Shown here: positions 56,057 through 64,000 of the stretch, piece after piece
How the letters are laid out: every line of letters begins with the position of its first letter
Numbering within the stretch: position 1 is the stretch's first letter
Assembly: GCA_965207375.1 (NCBI GenBank)
Contig: CBDBMG010000002.1
Span: 608,001 to 672,000 of the forward strand
Source of the DNA: Nitrosopumilaceae archaeon
GTDB taxonomy: Archaea > Thermoproteota > Nitrososphaeria > Nitrososphaerales > Nitrosopumilaceae
Length of the DNA: 64,000 bases
Direction: 5' to 3'
Position numbers and translations under genes: made by a program
Notes under the pieces: model-generated
Databases searched by the model: none
The model's input: the letters and a program-made list of their open reading frames with translations, nothing else
What the model was told of the DNA's origin: nothing

Positions 56057-57173
56057 AGTGTTGTTTTAGTAAGGGCTTGTAATTTTAGTTTTAGTTTTAG
56101 TTTTAGTAACTTGGCTCAATAATTTTAGTTTTAGTTTTAGTTTTAGTAAGATTACTGAATTATTTTTAGTTTTAGTAAGATTTCTGAAATATTTTTAGTT
56201 TTAGTTTTAGTTTTAGTAATTTAGCTCAATAATTTTAGTTTTAGTTTTAGTTTTAGTAAGATTACTGAATTATTTTTAGTTTTAGTTTTAGTTTTAGTTA
56301 GATTTCTGAAATATTTTTAGTTTTAGTTTTAATTTTAGTTGGATTTCTGAAGTATTTTTAGTTTTAGTTTTAGTTTTAGTTAGATTTCTGAAATAGTTTT
56401 AGTTTTAGTTTCAGTTTTAGTTAGATTTCTGAAGTATTTTTAGTTTTAGTTTTAGTTATAGTTATATTTCTAAATACTTTTAGTTTTAGTTTTAGTTTTA
56501 GTAATATTTCTGAATTAATTTTAGTTTTAGTTTTAGTTTTAGTTAACTAAAATAAAAATGTCTTACTAAAACTATTTTTAGTTTTAGTATTGAGTAAAAA
56601 CAGGCTTAAAACAGGCTTAAAACAGGCTTAAACAGCGTTATGTTGCATCATATATGCCATTTGAAGACGTAATTACCCTTAGTTTTAGTTATGCTTTTAG
56701 TTTTAGTTTTAGTTTTAGTAAAAATTTACATTCTATTTTAGTTTTAGTTTTAGTTTTAGTACTGACTAACATTTAATTTTAGTTTTAGTTTTAGTTTTAG
56801 TACTGATTTGCAATTAATTTTAGTTTTAGTTTTAGTACTGACACGCAATTAATTTTAGTTTTAGTTTTAGTTTTAGTACTGACTCCCAATTAATTTTAGT
56901 TTTAGTTTTAGTTTTAGTACTGACTCACAATTAATTTTAGTTTTAGTATTAGTTTTAGTACTGACTCACAATTAATTTTAGTTTTAGTTTTAGTACGGAC
57001 TCACAATTAATTTTAGTTTTAGTTTTAGTTTTAGTACCGAGTCACAATTAATTTTAGTTTTAGTATTAGTTTTAGTACTGACTCACAATTAATTTTAGTT
57101 TTAGTTAACTAAAATATAACTGCTTTACTAAAATTATTTTTAGTTTTAGTTTTGATTAACTAAAACAACACTA
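56057..57173. mobile_element. TIR element built from (TTTTAG)n blocks and ~40-bp higher-order repeats
   Basis: Termini tagtgttgttttagt / actaaaacaacacta; no clean TSD. Confidence 0.65.
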
Positions 57174-57767
57174 ACAGGCCACACTTTATAGAAATTCTCT
57201 GGTATCTTATTAACTGCAATTGCTTAAGCTTACTAAGAACCTTAACAATGGCATGCATTGTGTCATGGGTACAATTAAGGCCAGATTTTATACCCTAGAA
57301 ATCAATATACGTAACTCCCCTCTAACCTTTTAGTCCCCTATACACTTTGAAAGATTATATTTTCTCTCCTACGTATGCAGTTGAGTTTCCTGGATTCAGC
57401 TCGCCCCATTAATTTCTAGGTTTGCATATCTAATATTAGTACTGTATACAGCAAAAGGGGAGAATTTTCGTGGTTAGAAAAGAAAATAAATGCTCACAGG
57501 AAAACTTTTGTGGCAGCAGCTCCTTTTCTTACGTATTACTAGTAAACAAACATTTGCAGGTTGAGCAAAAAATTGCAAAAGTTTTCCCCTTCGAATGTTT
57601 TGCTGTATACGATATTCAAACAGAAACTGTATTATAATTTGTGCATATGTATGTACGTACGCAGAGTTTAAGTTATAAATCTATTTGTATGTAGCTACAT
57701 ACTGTAGAACATTAAAATATTGTAATACACACACACACATATGTATATACACAGATTACATATGTAC

Positions 57768-57875
<108 letters not shown>

Positions 57876-57882
57876 TGGAGAC

Positions 57883-58828
57883 CTTAGGCTGATACTTGAA
57901 ACAACAATAGTCTCCACCATGGAGTACACGACGTTGATTGTTCATGAACTGATCCAATGACAATGACTCCATACCATCCTCCCTACATACCCAGTAACCA
58001 TTACTAGTGACATGTACATCAAAGTCATAAGTGACCAGATCAGTGAGATCAGGTCTTATCTGCACATTCAGTAACTCAGCCTGTGGGTCAGCTATAGGTA
58101 TACACATCTGAAACAAGAGAGATTAAGCATAGGACTGTAAATGATATAAATTTTGTACCATCAAAATGTAACATATAGCTCTTTAAATGTGTGAAGTTGG
58201 ATGTGCAGGTAAGACCTGTTTTTATAGACATGGTCACGTATAGACTCACAATAATGGGAACACAATCCACTTTGGTCTAAGGTAATGATAAAAGTGCTCA
58301 ACCACCTGAAGTTGTGCTGGAGACTGGATTGAATCAGGTCTAAATAAAACATGACAGAGAAGTAGCTAAGACTGTGCATGAAATGGCTAGGACTGTCCAC
58401 AGTGCTCAAAATAAGGGTTGGAAGTTGGTTGGTCATTTATAAGTAGGGGCTAGACTATCATTGGCTTCCCCATTGGAAATGTATAGTAAACTTGTCCTAC
58501 CAAATTGGAATTTGCTCTGTCATAGACTTGTGACAGATCATTATTCTGAGCTCTGTGTCCATAAATTAAATTGGGCGGGGCTCACATTTTGCTTCTCACA
58601 TGACACATAGCCTCATCCATGGTGATGTGTTGAATAACACGCTATGAGTACTCCGGTTCTGCCTATAGTTGGAAAGATCACATGGCATCATGTGATCAGT
58701 GTTATTCCAAATAGTGCTCACCCAGTTCAGCATGACAGTGAATGGCAACCTTGCCTTGGTCGACTGCAAAACTAAACACCTTGACCATATCTAACAAATT
58801 CACTATTGATAGCACTCCATAATCCTCC
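57883..58828 (-). pseudogene. PTPDC1: PTPDC1-like dual-specificity phosphatase, spliced exons, defective
   Basis: Exons 58722-58828 (EDYGVLSIVNLLDMVKVFSFAVDQGKVAIHCHAELG), 58586-58662 (RTGVLIACY, frameshift, ITMDEAMCHVRSK), 58250-58339 (PDSIQSPAQLQVVEHFYHYL), 57883-58107 (SLDQFMNNQRRVLHG...KYQPK); GT-AG boundaries. Confidence 0.85.
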
Positions 58829-58844
58829 CTATGCAAATAATTAC

Positions 58845-59167
58845 GTACGTACATATGTACATATTAATGCATACAGACATAGACTTAGACACATACATAC
58901 AACATATGTACACACACTATAAACATACACACACTGTGTATGTAAACAAATACACACCCACACTACGTACATACACGCACGTATAGACAAACACATATAC
59001 ACACTCACATCACACACCCACACCCACACACATACACACACTACGTACATACATATGTATACGTATGTACAGTCATACACACACACACACACACACACTA
59101 TGTATCTATGTACGTATATACATATACACACATGTACACACACTATGTACATACGTACATACATATA
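58845..59167. repeat. Degenerate (CA/TA)n low-complexity tract
   Basis: Direct inspection. Confidence 0.85.
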
Positions 59168-59418
59168 TGTGACCTGATTTTGGAAAACAGACCATTTTGT
59201 CACATTTGACATCATTTATATTTCTGTGTATTTAAGATACTCCAAATGGTATACTGGTTTAATAAGTGGTTAAATCAATCACACACAACTTGAATTACTA
59301 TTTATGCATTGGAAATACTTTAGAAATATGTGCTTGTTAAAATTACAAATGCATAAACATGGAAATTCTATTTATTTCACGCGTGACAATATGGTCTGTT
59401 TTCCAAAATCCGGTCACA
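59168..59418. mobile_element. MITE with TA flanks
   Basis: TIRs tgtgacctgattttggaaaacagaccat / atggtctgttttccaaaatccggtcaca. Confidence 0.82.
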
Positions 59419-59594
59419 TATGTATACACAAACTATACCTGGCATGATATGAGACCAATATTCATTAAGAATTAGGTGTAACAGTGTGTTACACTGTTAA
59501 AACTGTTACAATATATAAGTACATATGTATGTATGCATATACATAATACATAATAGCTCTTACACTATTACATTGCTACTGCTACAATGTCCAT

Positions 59595-60300
59595 GCACAA
59601 TAGCTGTTACACTGTTACACTGTTACAGCTGCGTATAATATCAGTGTATAACAGCTGTTACACTGTTACACTGTTACAGCTATAATATCAATGTATTATA
59701 GCTGTTACACTGTTACAGCTATAATATCAGTGTATAATAGCTGTTACACTGTTACACTGTTACAGCTATAATATCAGTGTATAATAGCTGTTACACTGTT
59801 ACACTGTTACAGCTATAATGTCAGTGTATAATAGCTGTTATACTGTTACGTTGTTACAGCTATAATATCAATGTATAATAGCTGTTACACTGTTACACTG
59901 TTACAGCTATAATGTCAGTGTATAATAGCTGTTACACTGTTACACTGTTACAGCTATAATATCAGTGTATTATAGCTGTTACATTGTTACACTGTTACAG
60001 CTATAATGTCAGTGTATTATAGCTGTTACACTGTTACACTGTTACAGCTATAATATCAGTGTATAATAGCTGTTACACTGTTACACTATTACAGCTATAA
60101 TGTCAGTGTATTATAGCTGTTACATTGTTACACTGTTACAGCTATAATATCAGTGTATAATAGCTGTTACACTGTTACAGCTATAATATCAGTGTATTAT
60201 ACGTAGCTGTTACACTGTTTGCTATAATATCAGTGAATAGCTAATACGTAGCTGTTACACTGTTAAAGCTATAATATCAATGTATTACAGTGTTACTGTA
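59595..60300. repeat. ~46-bp minisatellite with internal dyad symmetry
   Basis: Unit tatagctgttacactgttacactgttacagctataatatcagtgta, ~15 copies. Confidence 0.92.
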
Positions 60301-60407
60301 TAATAACTTTTACAATTATAATATATGTGTATGCGTAATTGTTAAAGCTCACTCCATTTCGAGACTGTCATGTAAATGGCCACATCCTCACTTACGCTAG
60401 ATGCTAC

Positions 60408-60962
60408 TAGGGTAGTGCGATAATAACGATAAATCGATTATCACGATAATAAATACTATCGTGATGACGATAATAACTATTTGCATTATCGCGATAATAA
60501 CTATGTGCATTATCAATACTACAATACACATTAGTGTGTTTACTGCACTATTTTAATTAATTTTTTGTGGCTTAGAGGTGGCCAGGAAGTCATACCTTAT
60601 GCAAACACTGAGGTTAGCACTCAGACAAGCTCCAACCTACTTGTATAGAAGGTGTTAATTTGTACTTGTAAGCTGTTATCTGGTAAAAGGTTTAACTTGT
60701 GGAATACTTTTGCTTGACTTCAAATTATCCATTGAGACAAATCTCCTCATGTTGAATACATTGTCAATATTATCTTGCTTATCAAGATAACTTTAACACA
60801 ACTTATCAAGGCGTAACTTTCCAATCTTAATTAATATTTGCTTATCAAGATAACTTTAACACAACTTATCAAGGCGTAACTTTCCAATCTTAATTATCGT
60901 GATTATCGTGATAATGAGTTACATTATTGTGATATTACATTTTCTATTATCGCACAGCTCTA
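60408..60962. mobile_element. hAT-like MITE
   Basis: tagggtagtgcgataata / tattatcgcacagctcta termini; 8-bp TSD gatgctac. Confidence 0.85.
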
Positions 60963-61323
60963 GATGCTACTACCATGTGCAAGTGATAAATATGTACTAT
61001 GTATGTAGGTACAAGAGGATTCGGCTGTTCATTTTAAATTTAAAGCTGTATAATTTAGCTATCTCATACCTTCCAGTAGAGCTCGATTTTCAAGTATTAT
61101 TTGTGACATGACCGGTCAAGTTACCGATTTCAGCCACTAATATTTATAGCCAAAATCCGTGACTATGTTTAGCTATGTATTGTATTTTGCACATGTGTTG
61201 TACTAGGCTTTTCTAGTTAGAGCATACTCAATATATTACATAGTGTCAGAAGTTACCAACTTTTGGTCATAGAGTATTTAATGACTCTTTGTTAGCATAA
61301 AATCTTACAAAGTGCAGTGGCTA

Positions 61324-61537
61324 CCGTACAGCACAAAATTTTGATGGGGGAAATGTTGACGAATTTGACGAATTTCCAGCAATTCGTCAATATTTTCCCT
61401 ATCAAAATTTTCCGTTTATAGTTAGTTACTTATATGAAATGAATGAATAAAATGCATTTGTCAATTTTTTACTCGTCAAATTTTTCCTAACCCTGATTCG
61501 TCAAAATTTTCCACCATCAAAAATTTGTGCCGTACAG
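61324..61537. mobile_element. MITE with TA TSD
   Basis: ccgtacagcacaaaattttgatgg / ccatcaaaaatttgtgccgtacag; ttgacgaa repeats. Confidence 0.8.
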
Positions 61538-62026
61538 TATTTCTCAATATTGATGCATGCTTATACGTACATATGTGAATATGTGAATTAATTTGCAAAA
61601 CACAGCAGTATGTTGAATAATGATCCATGAAGCTACGTATCTTAATCTAAGTAGCTACTGCTATGCATTCAAATTGCTACAGTGAATTGTCATCTGAATT
61701 TCATGGCATTGCAGGTTTCACTAGTTAGTAAATATCAATAGCATTCATTTACATATATGGGTAGTGAGTAGGGGTGGTAGCAGAGAGCCATAAAGTAGTG
61801 AGTTATAGCAACTGAGGCCCTTGTAAATAACTCCATGGTGGCTGCATTTAAAGCAAATAGGTGTCTAGCTAGCAATGGCAACAGTTCTAAGACATGGCCA
61901 CCCAATTGGTGCCCTCTATGAGTGTAGCTATGATGTTGTGCAATAAAATGTTTTGGTGCGAACATGGCTGGTTTTAGCAGAGCCATGCAGTATATAATTA
62001 TATATGCTTAGCAGTTTATATAATTG

Positions 62027-62814
<788 letters not shown>

Positions 62815-64000
62815 TAGAAAAATAATTAATGGTGTTGCTGTTTTATATGCATTGCTATGTATATGATTTATAACATCCATGAAGTTTGTATCTCATTTGT
62901 AAATACAATGTCTGAGAACAGAGCGTTTACAAATCAGATACAATTGAATGATGTTACAACTGCTTTGTAGTATAGTTCGTGAGCGGTTCACAGACCCTCT
63001 AAGTAAGCTTCAGTAGAATGAAATCAGTTAGTGGCATACTAGGTGCATTACAGCTTTACATATCTTTAAATAATTTGGTGGTATAGTGATTAATAATAAT
63101 TTATTGTTTCCAAACACATGATATGTTAATTAATCAGCGAAAGCTATAATAACATTGATAGTATTCTGTTTCATTAACTTTGTTTTGGGGTCACAACAGT
63201 GTGTATCTTCTTGTTACACACCCCACATGTGAGGATTTTACATGTAACAGGTTTGCTACACTTTGGAGAGTAACTTATCTTTCATCATAGATAGTATATA
63301 CGTATATCATCATGATCAATAGTTCTACTCAGGCCCGGAGCTACTGATTTTTGGTAGGTATGGCCAGTCATCTTGAGCATGGACCGACGAAAATTTCAAA
63401 GTGGCTATGGCTAGCTCAGTAGCTAGCTAAGTTTCTCAAAACCATATATAGCTAGGTTATTATATATGGCTATAAATAGGCTACATGGTTGTGCAAATAG
63501 CTGGCTATACTGTATGAAATTCTATATAGGTTTTATGCAGCTAGACTTGAATTGAATTGCAAAAGCCTCATTATAGTTATAACTGTGCTTAGTTTAACAG
63601 CATATAAACACATAGCCATTCATAATTCACTGCATTAAAGTGATTGAATATATTAGAATACAATGCATTTTAATTACCTTTTATGGATAATTACATGCTT
63701 GATTGGTATAAACAATTGATTATTTTATGAGAAGTGGATGACAGTAAGCTTGCATGTTACTATGATAAACAGCTAACTATACAGATGCTGTGTGAATTTA
63801 TTCGAATACAACAGCATTTTATTGGTTGATCTATTATTAAAGCGGGCCCGTTTTTTCACTGAATAGTTTTCCCTGTATAACAATTACTGATACTATATTC
63901 CATCGTTAGATAACAGATGCATTACAGACTACAGGCATACGTGCATAATCCTCACTTGATTAATGGCATCTTGTAATTGAGTAATTCTGTCCGCCATCTT

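Noticed and set aside
56690-57110. Repeat-spacer pattern or telomeric array
   Set aside because: Spacers are related to each other, the repeat is TTTTAG rather than TTAGGG, and it lies within TIR-like termini.
59595-60300. CRISPR-like array of partly palindromic repeats
   Set aside because: No unique spacers, eukaryotic context and no cas genes; it is a minisatellite.

Overview
AT-rich eukaryotic (animal) DNA made mostly of nested, decayed transposable elements. The ~50-60 nt GT-AG introns and the element families suggest an early-branching metazoan such as a demosponge (inference only). Clearest elements: (1) a complete 3.86-kb ISL2EU/PHIS-type DNA transposon at 27368-31225 with 83-bp TIRs, a THAP-DDE transposase and a convergent spliced SWIM-YqaJ exonuclease-PHD gene; (2) six copies of a non-autonomous Helitron-like element (A|TC...CTAG|T, no TSD) ending in a ~300-bp palindrome whose loop occurs in both orientations and whose arms share copy-specific variants. 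The second is the most unusual signal here. Also present are Gypsy, hAT, P-like, Merlin, pogo, MULE, CACTA, piggyBac, Harbinger, LINE, SINE and Helentron-type remnants and many MITEs. Host-type coding remnants are two achaete-scute-like bHLH copies (one in frame with a Gypsy integrase core), an RPA1-like OB-fold pseudogene and a spliced PTPDC1-like pseudogene. No rRNA, genuine tRNA or CRISPR array was found. All family calls come from motif recognition by eye, without database searches.
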